From Chitinophagaceae bacterium (GTDB taxonomy: Bacteria; Bacteroidota; Bacteroidia; Chitinophagales; Chitinophagaceae): a stretch of 64,000 nucleotides of DNA. A program made the translations under genes and the position numbers. A model generated the notes under the pieces. It did not search any database and was not told the origin of the DNA. It was given only the letters and a program-made list of their open reading frames with translations. Every line of letters starts with the position of its first letter. The first letter of the stretch is position 1. This document shows, piece by piece, positions 26,785 to 37,795 of this stretch. The DNA lies in NCBI GenBank assembly GCA_031429335.1, contig JANOZK010000111.1:4701-68700 (forward strand), written 5' to 3'.

Positions 26785-28662
26785 TTAGTTGATGGTATAA
26801 GTTTGTGTATATTCATTTAAGGTAATTGTTCTGCTAACAACTGTGGTTCCTGTACCTGGTACTTTAAAGTTGTTGCTTCCGTCGGCTCTTACTTTACCTA
26901 AACCTGCATCTTCATAATCTAAATAATATTTATCGTTTGGTCCACCACTTGGCCAAGCACTAGCTGCAACAAATTTAAAATCTTTGCCATTAATCATGTT
27001 CAGCGTAATAGTCCAAAGACCATTGCCAGAATAGGTCATTTGTGGGCTTGTACTTGGATCCCAAACTGGACCTGCTGCAATACCATCGCCAACAATTCTC
27101 ATTGTGTTTGCATAGGTTACTTCATAGGTTAGGTTTTTAGGATCTGTGCCTTCAAAAGTTACTCTCCATCTTCCAGCAACTGGTTTTGTAGCATCATTTT
27201 GAAAAATGTTATCTCCTGGCTTAGTTAATTTACTAGCACCGCCCGTGTATGATAAACCAGCTAAAGGACCCCAATAATTTGAGTTACCAAAACTACTTGC
27301 CCAAGGGTCGGGTGTGCCTATACCGTCGTGCAACTTAAATTGTTCGTTACCTGTTGTAAAATTTTGTAAAACCATAAATTTGTTTGGACTCAAATATTGC
27401 ATAGCAATAGGAGAACCAGCATTCCAACCATTTACAGCACCTACCAATCCAACGCCTTTTCTAACAACATTATATCTGTTAGATGTTAAGTTTAATTGAA
27501 TACGGTAAACACCTGTAACTCCAGGAACTGCAATATTACCTGCACTACCACCACCTTGATTTGAACTTAAAATTCCAGTGTTATCGGCAGCATTATTACC
27601 AGAAACACTACCCACACTATTGCCATATTCTACTTGTCCAGGTGCACTCCAATCTGCTTTCAATCCTAAAAATTTAAATCCATTATTACCAGTTGTTAAG
27701 TTAACATAAATGAAATAAACACCAGGGTTGGCATTATCTGGAGATAATTGTAAAGCGTTAGTTGGAGTCCAGCCAATTGGACTAGCACCACCCACTAAAA
27801 ATATATTTAGTTCTCTAAGAATAGATAATTGATTGGTAAAATCACTCCATTGACTCCATGTTCCAGAAGTTGCAGCAACTCTCCACTTTAATCCAGCAGC
27901 AACAGCTAAATTAGTTAATCCAGCAGCAGTTAAGGAATCAGAAAAATCTTTATTCGAAATTCTTCTTAATGTATCGGCACCAGCATTTCTGCTGATTAAA
28001 CTAAATAATGGCGTACCCAATGGATCTGTATCTCTATAAAACCAAACTCTATAAGTTACAGGTCTTGTAACAACACCAGGCAATGAACGAGTCCAATTAA
28101 AAGTTAATGAATCGGTTGTTGCACCTGGGTTAATGGTTAGGTTCGAAGTGCTAGATGCTGGACCTAATAGTGTAAAAGGTGTTGCACCATCGGCAAAACG
28201 AGTAATACTTATATTAAACACATCTGTACACAAAACTTTGGTTGTACCATTATCTGCTTGAACGCTCCAAATAAAATCGGTTTTAACACCAGCTGCAATA
28301 CCTCTTGCAGTTAAAGCGTCATCAATGGCTTTTTGTGTTAAGGTTAAGCTTGTGCTTAAACCGCTGTTACCAGCAGGCAGGTTTAAAATTGGGCTTTCTA
28401 AACTGCCTCCAGTTCTAAGTGCTGCAACCCAATTGTATTTTACTGGAGTTGAGACACCTGGTTTTGCTGCAGTCCAAGAAATGGTAACAGAACTATTAGG
28501 AGTAGCAGAGTTAAGCACCAAGTTTGTATTGGTTGCGGGTGCTGATAACCTAAATTCTCCAATAGCTTCACCTGTTGTTTCATTATCGAATGTATATTTT
28601 TTACAGCCAGCAAATAGCATTGTTAAGCTAAGGGCGGTAAGCATGAATGTACTTATTTTCAT
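26785..28662 (-). CDS. SusE/SusF-like surface lipoprotein (multi-domain, probable glycan binding)
   Basis: Lipobox LFAGC. It has repeated Ig-like N-terminal modules (ISWTAAKPGVSTPVKYNW / LTFNWTRSLPGVVTRPVTYRVW) and W/Y-rich C-terminal modules. It is the last gene of the SusC/D operon. Confidence 0.55.
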   Translation of the reverse strand: MKISTFMLTALSLTMLFAGCKKYTFDNETTGEAIGEFRLSAPATNTNLVLNSATPNSSVTISWTAAKPGVSTPVKYNWVAALRTGGSLESPILNLPAGNSGLSTSLTLTQKAIDDALTARGIAAGVKTDFIWSVQADNGTTKVLCTDVFNISITRFADGATPFTLLGPASSTSNLTINPGATTDSLTFNWTRSLPGVVTRPVTYRVWFYRDTDPLGTPLFSLISRNAGADTLRRISNKDFSDSLTAAGLTNLAVAAGLKWRVAATSGTWSQWSDFTNQLSILRELNIFLVGGASPIGWTPTNALQLSPDNANPGVYFIYVNLTTGNNGFKFLGLKADWSAPGQVEYGNSVGSVSGNNAADNTGILSSNQGGGSAGNIAVPGVTGVYRIQLNLTSNRYNVVRKGVGLVGAVNGWNAGSPIAMQYLSPNKFMVLQNFTTGNEQFKLHDGIGTPDPWASSFGNSNYWGPLAGLSYTGGASKLTKPGDNIFQNDATKPVAGRWRVTFEGTDPKNLTYEVTYANTMRIVGDGIAAGPVWDPSTSPQMTYSGNGLWTITLNMINGKDFKFVAASAWPSGGPNDKYYLDYEDAGLGKVRADGSNNFKVPGTGTTVVSRTITLNEYTQTYTIN

Positions 28663-28668
28663 ATTTAT

Positions 28669-29445
28669 TTATTTTAAATCTTCTAATAATGTTTCAAAAA
28701 CTGGTGAAGTAACATTTGTTGTTCCTCCAGTTGGACTTAACATGGTTCCCTTATATTCTACTTGAATTTTAGTAATTCTAGTACCTGTAGGAATTACAAA
28801 TTCACCTCTTGGAAAAATATTAAAAGAGAACCTTTTGTCACCAGCAGATTTTAATAAGTAGTTTCTAGTAGTACCTACTTGCCCACCTGTAGCATTAATC
28901 AATTTAACATCGGCAGATACTGGTGTCATTCTCTGGGTAATTAAATCTGTTGCCAAATTTTGGTCTAAATAGGTATTTATAATATCGTTCTGGCCAACAG
29001 CAGCAGGAAAAGTTCTAAACACACTTGGAACATAAATTAAAGGTGCAACCAATAATTTTATATCGTTGGTTTTAGCATCTCCACTTCCATCTCTTGCTTT
29101 AACTAAAAACTGAAGCTGTGTAATTTCTGCAGGAGGCTTGCCATAATACAATGAAGGGTTAATGGTCCATGTAAATCTGTTTGGGCCAATTTTAGTTAAC
29201 ATTCTAGCATCGCTAGAACTGCCCCAAGAGCCATTACCTGGTGCAGGATCGCCTGGATCCCAAGTCCAAATAAACAAAGGTTCTTTGCCTACCAAGTTGC
29301 CAACGGCAGAAACATCTATTGTAATAACAACCTGATCAACAGCCGTAAAATTTGCTGGGGAAGTTGTAATTACAGCACCCGAAGTTTGTGCTTTTAGTGA
29401 ATAAACAGCAACGATTGCTGTTAGTAACATTAATATTTTTTTCAT
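28669..29445 (-). CDS. Secreted PUL-associated protein of unknown function (no lipobox)
   Basis: Signal peptide MKKILMLLTAIVAVYSLKAQ; beta-rich; 7 nt from the next gene. Confidence 0.5.
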   Translation of the reverse strand: MKKILMLLTAIVAVYSLKAQTSGAVITTSPANFTAVDQVVITIDVSAVGNLVGKEPLFIWTWDPGDPAPGNGSWGSSSDARMLTKIGPNRFTWTINPSLYYGKPPAEITQLQFLVKARDGSGDAKTNDIKLLVAPLIYVPSVFRTFPAAVGQNDIINTYLDQNLATDLITQRMTPVSADVKLINATGGQVGTTRNYLLKSAGDKRFSFNIFPRGEFVIPTGTRITKIQVEYKGTMLSPTGGTTNVTSPVFETLLEDLK

Positions 29446-29464
29446 AACTTTTTCTATTTAATTT

Positions 29465-29977
29465 TTATTTAGAAAACTGATAATCGTACGTAATAGCAGG
29501 TTGGCCATTTAACAAGCGTTGTTGCCTTAGAGCCAATTTATTATTTATTAAATTGTTGTACGAGCCAACAACAAGTTTAACTGTGTCTACACCATTAATC
29601 AATGATATTGTTCCCACTTTAGTTGCGTTATCTACTCTCCAAGTACCAGAAGTAATGGGGGAAAAAGCTACTCCACCAGTTCCATGATCAATAGCAAAGG
29701 TACCAGGTGTACTACCAGATGCATTTAAAGTAAGTTTCCACTTATTGGCTTGTAATACTTGTGTAACATCTTCTGTTTTAAATGGAAAGTTTTTGTTAAC
29801 TGCACCATTATCTGTTTGCGTTACATTTAAACCCGTCCAAACACCAGCAATGCTTTGTACAGAGCCTGTTTGAACTTCGAGTGCTTCGTAGGGTTTTACA
29901 GCATCTGGTTTACAAGACCAAATACTAACTGCTACAAACGTTAGCACTATAACTATTTGTTTTTTATTAATATTCAT
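29465..29977 (-). CDS. Small PUL-associated lipoprotein (lipocalin-like size)
   Basis: Lipobox SIWSC; 170 aa; immediately downstream of susD. Confidence 0.5.
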   Translation of the reverse strand: MNINKKQIVIVLTFVAVSIWSCKPDAVKPYEALEVQTGSVQSIAGVWTGLNVTQTDNGAVNKNFPFKTEDVTQVLQANKWKLTLNASGSTPGTFAIDHGTGGVAFSPITSGTWRVDNATKVGTISLINGVDTVKLVVGSYNNLINNKLALRQQRLLNGQPAITYDYQFSK

Positions 29978-30003
29978 AATTGAAGGTTTTTGTTATTTAA
30001 AAA

Positions 30004-31407
30004 TTATCTACCACAACTACCAGTTGGGTTTTGAACAAAGTTAGAATTTGAAATTGCTTCAACTGCGGGAAATTGTAATACCATACCAGCACAATTCCAA
30101 TTAACATTGCCTATAATTGAAGTTTCTCCTTTAGCACCAATTCGTTTAATTTGTTGCAAGCGATCCCCACTTTCGAACATCATTTCCTTAATACGCTCAG
30201 CTCTTACTAAAGTTCGAATTACAGCAGCTGTAGCGGTACCTGGCAATGGAGCAACTGCACCAGCATAGGCTCTATTGGTAATATCATTGATATCGCCAAT
30301 AGCAACAGTTAAATTTGTATTACGCTCTGCAGCACTTTCGGCACGTATTAACTTCAATTCAGTTAAATGTATTACTGGCAAATTAAAAATTGGTGAGTTG
30401 TATTTTCTAACACCATAAATTGATTTACCTGGGTTTAAAACGGAATCTTTATACCAAGCTCTTCTTCTATCGTTTGTATTTACAAAACCAGCATCATAGG
30501 CTGTTTTTAAAATATTCAGGTTCATAGAAAAATTGATATTGTTTGCATCGTTTCTTAATCCACCAAATGCAGCACCTAAAGTGGGTTCATTAATGATAGA
30601 GAAAATAGCTTCTGTATTTGTAGCTGTAGAGAATCGATTGGTAACAAAATTTGCATTGGTGTTAAAAGTAAATGCAGTAGCACTAATAACATCATTGGCA
30701 TAATTGTATGCGTTGGTAAAATCGTTCATTTGAAAATACACCCTTGCCAACATTGCTTTTGCAGCCCAACGATTTGCATACACTCCATTACTAGTAGGTA
30801 ATAAACTATCTGCTTTTTTCAATTCGCTGATAATTGTATTGTAAACATCGTTTACACTTGAACGTGACAAACCTGCTTCAAAAAGCGAAGTGTTTTTTAT
30901 TACAACTCCAGGATGTGTATTATTTGTTGTAAAGCCAAATGGTTGGGCAAACATTTTAACCAAATCAAAATATGCCAACCCTCTTAAAAAATAAGCTTGC
31001 CCCAAGTAATTGTTTTTTTGAGCAGTACTAGACGTAACCAAATTAATATTATCTAGGGCAACATTACAACGTTGAATAATTACATACGGCTTTTCGCATA
31101 AACCAGCTATATCGCCAGTATTTCCTGTAGTTGCAAAATTATAAACAGAAAAAGAAGACTGACCTACCAAGTTTTCTGGATCTATCAACTCGGTCATTAA
31201 CTCACTGTTTCTTTGTAAACCTCCACCCCAGTATCCACCATCTCTTAATACTGTGTAAGAAGAAAATAATACATCTGCTACATCTTTTTCATTTTTTATA
31301 GCTAACTCAGCAGGCACTAGGCCTGGAGGCTTTAACTCTAGCTTATTACATGATGTAGCAAACAGTAACGCCAGTATTGGAATAATTGAAATTTTATGCA
31401 TTTTCAT
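30004..31407 (-). CDS. susD: SusD/RagB-family nutrient-binding outer-membrane lipoprotein
   Basis: Lipobox FATSC, TPR-like helical repeats (AYFLRGLAYFDLVKMF, MLARVYFQMNDF), and position directly after susC. Confidence 0.85.
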   Translation of the reverse strand: MKMHKISIIPILALLFATSCNKLELKPPGLVPAELAIKNEKDVADVLFSSYTVLRDGGYWGGGLQRNSELMTELIDPENLVGQSSFSVYNFATTGNTGDIAGLCEKPYVIIQRCNVALDNINLVTSSTAQKNNYLGQAYFLRGLAYFDLVKMFAQPFGFTTNNTHPGVVIKNTSLFEAGLSRSSVNDVYNTIISELKKADSLLPTSNGVYANRWAAKAMLARVYFQMNDFTNAYNYANDVISATAFTFNTNANFVTNRFSTATNTEAIFSIINEPTLGAAFGGLRNDANNINFSMNLNILKTAYDAGFVNTNDRRRAWYKDSVLNPGKSIYGVRKYNSPIFNLPVIHLTELKLIRAESAAERNTNLTVAIGDINDITNRAYAGAVAPLPGTATAAVIRTLVRAERIKEMMFESGDRLQQIKRIGAKGETSIIGNVNWNCAGMVLQFPAVEAISNSNFVQNPTGSCGR

Positions 31408-31428
31408 ATAAGTAATTATTTAAGTTTA

Positions 31429-34400
31429 TTAAAAACCAATGTTTAACCCAAAATTGAAACTTCTTTGTAATGGTGGGTTTAAAAAATTGGCATTAGCACT
31501 TGCGTTCCTTGCTGTCGGATCTTCACCATCACGTCCACTTTCTGGATCACCTACTGGATAAGTAGTAAACAGTAATACATTGAAGCCTGTTGCATATATT
31601 TTAGCTGACGCAAGTTTTAATTTTTTACAAACTTCAGATGGTAAGTAATAACTTAAGGTTAACTCTCTTAAACGCAGATAATCTGAATTATGAACTTGTA
31701 TAGAAGAGTTGTGTAACCATGGGTTGCCAGGCTCAAATGTTTGCGGATAACCAGCAATGGTTGGGCGTGGATATTTTGCAATATCACCTGGTTTACGCCA
31801 GTAATTACCAACATAATCACTATAAATATTCCAATCGGTAATCCAACCTAAATTTCTTTTTCCACTATTGTCCCAAATTTTACCCCCTAATTGGTAGGTA
31901 AATACAGTATTTAATTCAATGTTTTTGTACCTAAACGTGTTGGTAAAACCACCATTGTAAATAGGTAGAGTAGAACCAACTGGTACTCTATCGCCTAATC
32001 TTCCATCAACTGGTGCATTCAATGTTTTTGTTTGTTTACCAGTAGCATCTAAAAATATTGGTAAACCATCAGCAGGGTCTACTCCAAAATAACGTACAGT
32101 AAAAATTGTTCCTACTGGGTAACCAGGTACAATTCTGGTTTCATTCGTTCCACCAGATATGGCATCTGGTGTAACAGTCCCAATATCTAATACTTGGTTG
32201 TAGTTATAAGCAATATTGAAGTTGGTATTCCAAGAAAAGTTTTTGGTTTTGATGTTTACGGTATTGACATTAAACTCGAATCCTTCATTAATAATACTGC
32301 TCGTATTTCTCCATTGACGCTCTGAAGCAAAGCCTTGATAAATACTAACAGGAAGGCTTAGCAACAAATCTGAACTTTTTTTATGATAATAACCAATTTC
32401 AAAATTGATTCTGTTTTTAAATAAAGTAGCTTCTAAAGCAATATCTATATTGTCTGAAGTTTCCCATTTCAAGTCTCTATTACCAAATCTAGTCTGAAAA
32501 ATAGTAGGATTGCCATTATATACAGAACCTGGGCCTCTAGATGTATCATAAGAAGGGAACCCTGCATTCCAATCTATATTTGAAGTACCAGTTAAGCCCC
32601 ATCCAACTCTCAATTTAACATTATCAACGGCTTTAAGGTTTAAAGATTTAAACCAGTTTTCTTGTGATACAGTCCAAGCTAGAGAAGCAGTTGGGAAATA
32701 ACCTACTTGGTTGTTTTCTCTAAAAACAGAGCTTTCATCTCTTCTTAAGGAAGCTTGAAAAACATACTTATTCATCAAATTATAATTCACTCTAGCAAAA
32801 ACACTTCTAAATTTTCTAGCATACTCAGTTACTTCAGGCGTTCTTGTAAGAATACTATCCACATTAATGCTTCTTCCTGGAATTGAATAATCCTTAACAT
32901 TATCTTTTTTATACAAAGGTCCATATGCACTATCTACATAACCATTTTGAGCAATGGTACTTTGGTCTTGATACTCACCACCTACTAAGAAAGTAAAGCG
33001 ACTGTTTTTGCTTGCTTCCCAAATATAGTTGGCTGTAAAATTATAATTCTCGTTTTTGAAAGTACTCAAATTATTATTTGCATTTCCTAAACGAGTATTT
33101 GGAGTTCTATTTAAATAATACGCATTTCTATAAGCGTTGAATAAAGATTTTGTTCTTTCGCTAGAAATACTGGCTGATATATCTAAATTCTTTATAGGTG
33201 TGTATTTTGCAGAAAATGCAGCAATAAATCGATTTTCTCTGTTTCTAAAATCACTGTTTTCTCTTTGTGCCACTAGGTTATTACCAGCACCAAAATCCCA
33301 AGTGGTTCTATACCCATCTGTTCTAAAATAAGAACCATCTGCATTATATATTGGATAGTAAGGCAAACCTGTACTCATGGCTAAACCCAAACCACCATTC
33401 CAAGCATTATTTAATAATCTATTTAAACCATTATTAAAAGATAAATTGGTACTTAATGTTAAATTCTTTAATACTTTGTAATCAAAATTACCCCTAATAC
33501 CAATTCTTCTAAAACTATTACCTACTACATATGATTCTTCATTTGAGTATGTACCACCAACATAATAATTGTACTTGTCTTTACCTTGAGAAACACTGTA
33601 ATTGTATTCTTGAGAAAAACCTGTACGTGTTGCCAAATCCCACCAATCAGTTCCAGGATTATTCTGAGCATCAGTTAAAGAAAATCCACCTGCTTTACCA
33701 GGTAAGTTTTGTTGTAACCCAGTATTGCCGTCGTTTTCCCAAGCTTCTTGGCGTATGGCCAACCATGTGTCTTTATTAACAAATCTTGGCTTAACTGTAG
33801 GGCCAGAAACACCAGCTCTTGCAGTGAAGTTGTGGCGTAATTTTCCACCCTTGCCTCTTTTGGTAGTAATTAAAACAACCCCATTAGCACCACGGCTACC
33901 ATAAATACCTGCTGCTGCTGCATCTTTTAAAATTTCTACGCTTTCAATATCATTAGGATTCAAATTAGACAATGGGTTTCTATCTTGCCCTAATGTATTC
34001 CTAAGAGAATTGCCTGTATAAGTAACATCTATCGGCAATCCATCAATTACATACAATGGATCACCACCCACACTAATTGAGTTAATCCCTCTAATACGAA
34101 TAACTGCAGAACTTCCTGCTAACCCGCTACTAGTTGTTACTTGAACACCAGCTGCTTTACCAGCTAATGCACTTTCAAAACTTGGGGCTGGCACACCAGC
34201 AATTTTATCGGCTGATATTTTAGAAATTGACGCAGTTACGTCTTTTTTTCTTTGAGTACCATAACCCACAACTACTACCTCATTTAAGTTTGAGCTAGAT
34301 ACTTGTAAGGCCGCATTTGTTTCTCCATTTGCCGCAACTGCCATTTCCATATCAGCATATCCGCTGTATGAAATAAGCAATGTGGTTGTGGCTGCTGGCA

Positions 34401-34599
34401 CTTTAAACTTAAAAGTTCCATCGACACCTGTTTGGGTAAAATTTTTTGTGCCTTTTGCCCTAACTGTCGCTCCAGGCAAAGCACTTCCGTCTTTTGCGTC
34501 TGTTACCTTTCCGGTAACCAATTTGTCTTGTGCCATGGCTGGTAGGCTAATGCCTAACATAAGTGCCATTAGTGCAACAAGCAGTCGTTTTAGAATCAT
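31429..34599 (-). CDS. susC: SusC/RagA-family TonB-dependent transporter
   Basis: Carboxypeptidase-regulatory-like N-domain (VTGKVTDAKDGSALPGATV), plug (VVVGYGTQRKKDVTASIS), long barrel, C-terminal ...FGLNIGF. Confidence 0.92.
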   Translation of the reverse strand: MILKRLLVALMALMLGISLPAMAQDKLVTGKVTDAKDGSALPGATVRAKGTKNFTQTGVDGTFKFKVPAATTTLLISYSGYADMEMAVAANGETNAALQVSSSNLNEVVVVGYGTQRKKDVTASISKISADKIAGVPAPSFESALAGKAAGVQVTTSSGLAGSSAVIRIRGINSISVGGDPLYVIDGLPIDVTYTGNSLRNTLGQDRNPLSNLNPNDIESVEILKDAAAAGIYGSRGANGVVLITTKRGKGGKLRHNFTARAGVSGPTVKPRFVNKDTWLAIRQEAWENDGNTGLQQNLPGKAGGFSLTDAQNNPGTDWWDLATRTGFSQEYNYSVSQGKDKYNYYVGGTYSNEESYVVGNSFRRIGIRGNFDYKVLKNLTLSTNLSFNNGLNRLLNNAWNGGLGLAMSTGLPYYPIYNADGSYFRTDGYRTTWDFGAGNNLVAQRENSDFRNRENRFIAAFSAKYTPIKNLDISASISSERTKSLFNAYRNAYYLNRTPNTRLGNANNNLSTFKNENYNFTANYIWEASKNSRFTFLVGGEYQDQSTIAQNGYVDSAYGPLYKKDNVKDYSIPGRSINVDSILTRTPEVTEYARKFRSVFARVNYNLMNKYVFQASLRRDESSVFRENNQVGYFPTASLAWTVSQENWFKSLNLKAVDNVKLRVGWGLTGTSNIDWNAGFPSYDTSRGPGSVYNGNPTIFQTRFGNRDLKWETSDNIDIALEATLFKNRINFEIGYYHKKSSDLLLSLPVSIYQGFASERQWRNTSSIINEGFEFNVNTVNIKTKNFSWNTNFNIAYNYNQVLDIGTVTPDAISGGTNETRIVPGYPVGTIFTVRYFGVDPADGLPIFLDATGKQTKTLNAPVDGRLGDRVPVGSTLPIYNGGFTNTFRYKNIELNTVFTYQLGGKIWDNSGKRNLGWITDWNIYSDYVGNYWRKPGDIAKYPRPTIAGYPQTFEPGNPWLHNSSIQVHNSDYLRLRELTLSYYLPSEVCKKLKLASAKIYATGFNVLLFTTYPVGDPESGRDGEDPTARNASANANFLNPPLQRSFNFGLNIGF

Positions 34600-34743
34600 A
34601 ATTGAAGTTTTACTGGTTTATAAGAAAATTTTTATTTTGATTAATGTTTCGTTTATAAAAAGTGATTTATTTCTACAATCATTTATTTTAAATTAATTCA
34701 ATTTATTACTTACAACCGTTAGTTAGTATTTGTTGCTTTATTT

Positions 34744-37626
34744 TTAATCATTTTTAATAAATTTTTCCACCTTTCTTTTTCCGTTTATTACAATTTGCAA
34801 TAGGTACATTCCGTTGGCTAATTTGTTGGTTGCAAAACCATTGCTATTTAATTTTTGTTGGTGCTTTCCCTTGGGTTTTGTGCCACTAAATAAATTGGCT
34901 AATTGCTTGCCATTAATATCTATTACTGTTATTTCTACTTTTCCGGTTTCCTCTGTTTCGTAATCAATGGTTGTTAAGGTATTTATTGGGTTAGGAGATA
35001 GTTTAACCTTCATGTTTAGCAAGTTGCTATTTACATTTAGTATGGGTGTTACCACTGTGCCAGAAACGTTTCTGTCGGTATATAAGTAATATTCGCCAGG
35101 TTGTAGTGTAATGCTTTGAAAAGTACCTGTTGCATTAATAGTTGTGCCTGTTAAATAACTAAACCAAGTACCCGATGTAGGAAAACTTATGCTTGAAGTT
35201 TGTGGCACAATATCAAAATTGCCCATTACCATAATTCTTAAACCCGTTTCTGTTATTGTTAACCATTTAAACCCACCACTTAAGTTCCAATTGATATTAT
35301 TACTTGTAAAAGTTGAGGCATAAATAGGGGTAATTTTTAATCGCAATAGGGCAGAGTAAACATCGAATAAAGATCTTCTGTTTGCATTTTGGTAATAATC
35401 CCACCTTATTGGTTTTGGATTGGTTCTGCAATCGTTGTTGATTGTTCCATTTTCGCAACGGTTAATACTAAAATCGTAACCTGTTTCTCCAAACTGCCAC
35501 AACATTTTTGGCCCAGGAATCATAGCCCAAAATGCAGTTGCAGCTTCGTTACGTTTTAATGCAGTATTTAAATCTCTGGTGTTGTGATTTGCATTTGAAT
35601 TTCCTTCTTGTAAATTTCTATACATAAGCCTTTCTTCATCATGGCTTTCTTGATAAGCAATTAAATGTGGATTAGGCCAATTTCTGTTGGTATGTATGGC
35701 AGATTGAAAGTTCCATTCAGATGAATTACCTTTTGTTGCTTGGTTGAAATTGTAATTAGAATTGCCCCACAAAAGCATACCATAATTTGATAATTCAATT
35801 TCTTCGCTATTGGCTGCAAAATGTTCTAAAATACAATAGGAGCCAGGTAAAGTTGCTTGCATTTTATCGTAAATTCTTTTCCAAGTGGAAATTCTACTGG
35901 CATCATAATTACCCCAAGCCCCAATATTATTTGGGTTGTTTACTTGTGTAAAACCTTTTGATAAATCCCATCTAAAACCATCAATTTTATATTTTACCAA
36001 CCAATGTTCTATTACTCTATCTACTAAATCTTTGGTAGCTTGGTTTTCGTGGTTAAAATCATACCCCACATTGTATGGGTGGGTAGCATCTTGATTAAAC
36101 CATGGGCTATTGGGTGCAGGCTTACCTGTTGCACTATTAAAGTACATTTGAACCATTGGACTTTGCCCAAACGAGTGGTTTAGGGTCATATCTAAAACAA
36201 CAGCCATGCCCATTTTATGACAGCTATCTATAAAAATTCTCAAAGCATTTTCGGTGCCATAAGCTTTATCGGGTGCAAAATAAAAACTTGGATTATAGCC
36301 CCAACTATTGTTGCCTTCAAATTCGTTAACAGGCATTAACTCAATGGTATTAATACCCATTCTTTTTAAATAAGTTAGGGTATCGGTTAATGTTCTCCAG
36401 TTTTGAGCACTTATAAAATCTCTCACCAATAATTCGTAAACAGTTAGATTTCTTTTATCTGGACGTACAAAATTGTTTACTGTAAAATTATATACTGGTT
36501 TTGCTGTTTGTAATACGCTAACAATGCCTGTAGTTTTGCCTGTTGGATATGGCTTTAAACTAGGATAGGTTATGGTAGGTATAAATTGATCGTTCCAAGG
36601 GTCTAACACTTTTTCTGTAAAATAATCTGCTACTTTTAAAGTTCCATCAATAATAAATTGATAAGCATATTCAACACCAACAGTTAAACCTGTTAAGCGG
36701 ATCCAATACCTGTTTCCATCAACTGATTTGTTTAGTTGGGTATTGGTAGATTCCGTCCAGTTATTAAAATCTCCAATTACAGAAACCCTGGTTTTATTAG
36801 GTGCAAACAATACTAAAATGGTAGATGTGTCACCTGGCTCATAATTAATGCCATCTTTTGTGCCTGCTGGCGGGTTAACAATATTGGGTGCAGGTGCTAC
36901 AAAAAAGTTGAAAGTATCTCTTTTTATGGTTGGGCCAGTTGTTGCTTCTGCAATAATCTGTTGGTTGCCTGCTGTTGTAATAGTTGGTGTATTGCTAATT
37001 TGGTTGGCAGCGTTTGCTGTAGCTACTTGTACACCATTAAAAAATAATTTCAATGCAGTATTTTCAGAAGCATTGGCAACAATATTTACTGTATTACTTA
37101 CGGCCCAGTTTACAAATTCTGGGGTTGGGTTAAACATGGGCTGTTTAAAAGGATTGTCTATTCGTACATTTAAACCAGCCTCAAATACGGTAATGTACAT
37201 ATCGCTTCCATCGGCATTTCGTTGCACTTTTGTACCATCGCCATTTCTAAATAAAATAGCTATTTTTTGAATTTTTTCAGTCGCATTGGTTATACCAAAA
37301 AAACTTCTTAAACCGCCATTGATCGTGTATTTCCAAGTGTTTGAGCCGATAGATATGGCATTTGCCAGTGCATTGGTGCTAGCCCAAGCAAATTTTGAAT
37401 ATTTCCAATCGCTCGATGAAGTACTTAATGATGTAATACAGCCAATATGAACAAAAACATCGGTATTTGGTGTATAATTTTGCAAGCCTTTATTACCTAA
37501 ATTGGCATTGCAACTAATTTCTATTGTTGTGGCGTTTTCTTGAATAAACGATGGAGACCAACTTAATAGCTGTGCATTGCCTATAAAAGACAACAACAAA
37601 ACAGGTATTAGCAGTCTCATTTTCAT
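34744..37626 (-). CDS. GH13 alpha-amylase-family enzyme with N-terminal accessory domains, a CBM48/E-set-like module and a T9SS C-terminal sorting domain
   Basis: GH13 regions VVLDMTLNHS (I), DGFRWDLSKGF (II), CILEHF (III), YQESHDEE (IV). E-set-like VSVIGDFNNW...RYWIRL. C-terminal KLSPNPINTLTTIDY...NGMYLLQIVINGKRKVEKFIK. Confidence 0.88.
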   Translation of the reverse strand: MKMRLLIPVLLLSFIGNAQLLSWSPSFIQENATTIEISCNANLGNKGLQNYTPNTDVFVHIGCITSLSTSSSDWKYSKFAWASTNALANAISIGSNTWKYTINGGLRSFFGITNATEKIQKIAILFRNGDGTKVQRNADGSDMYITVFEAGLNVRIDNPFKQPMFNPTPEFVNWAVSNTVNIVANASENTALKLFFNGVQVATANAANQISNTPTITTAGNQQIIAEATTGPTIKRDTFNFFVAPAPNIVNPPAGTKDGINYEPGDTSTILVLFAPNKTRVSVIGDFNNWTESTNTQLNKSVDGNRYWIRLTGLTVGVEYAYQFIIDGTLKVADYFTEKVLDPWNDQFIPTITYPSLKPYPTGKTTGIVSVLQTAKPVYNFTVNNFVRPDKRNLTVYELLVRDFISAQNWRTLTDTLTYLKRMGINTIELMPVNEFEGNNSWGYNPSFYFAPDKAYGTENALRIFIDSCHKMGMAVVLDMTLNHSFGQSPMVQMYFNSATGKPAPNSPWFNQDATHPYNVGYDFNHENQATKDLVDRVIEHWLVKYKIDGFRWDLSKGFTQVNNPNNIGAWGNYDASRISTWKRIYDKMQATLPGSYCILEHFAANSEEIELSNYGMLLWGNSNYNFNQATKGNSSEWNFQSAIHTNRNWPNPHLIAYQESHDEERLMYRNLQEGNSNANHNTRDLNTALKRNEAATAFWAMIPGPKMLWQFGETGYDFSINRCENGTINNDCRTNPKPIRWDYYQNANRRSLFDVYSALLRLKITPIYASTFTSNNINWNLSGGFKWLTITETGLRIMVMGNFDIVPQTSSISFPTSGTWFSYLTGTTINATGTFQSITLQPGEYYLYTDRNVSGTVVTPILNVNSNLLNMKVKLSPNPINTLTTIDYETEETGKVEITVIDINGKQLANLFSGTKPKGKHQQKLNSNGFATNKLANGMYLLQIVINGKRKVEKFIKND

Positions 37627-37661
37627 ACGTACAATCGTGGTTAAAGTTGGTTGTTAAACCG

Positions 37662-37690
37662 TATCAATGTGTAAAATGTACACATTGATA
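37662..37690. promoter_or_regulatory. Perfect 12-bp inverted repeat with 5-nt spacer, 36-64 nt upstream of the GH13 start (candidate operator)
   Basis: TATCAATGTGTA-aaatg-TACACATTGATA, located between the NrtR-like gene and the amylase gene. Confidence 0.4.
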
Positions 37691-37795
37691 GTACAAAAAT
37701 GTAACTTTAACACATCATTACAAAATTTATTTTGCCTTTTCGGATAAATGTTTAGGAAAAAAGGGGTTCGATTAAGTTTTTTGTACACAAAACTG

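Noticed and set aside
28325-28765. 146-aa plus-strand ORF; similarly 36848-37270(+), 48717-49283(+), 52791-53204(-), 39833-40165(-), 2389-2700(+)
   Set aside because: All are antisense to genes with strong family signatures (SusE/F-like, GH13, asd, OM barrel, ligA, nusA), so they are treated as spurious.
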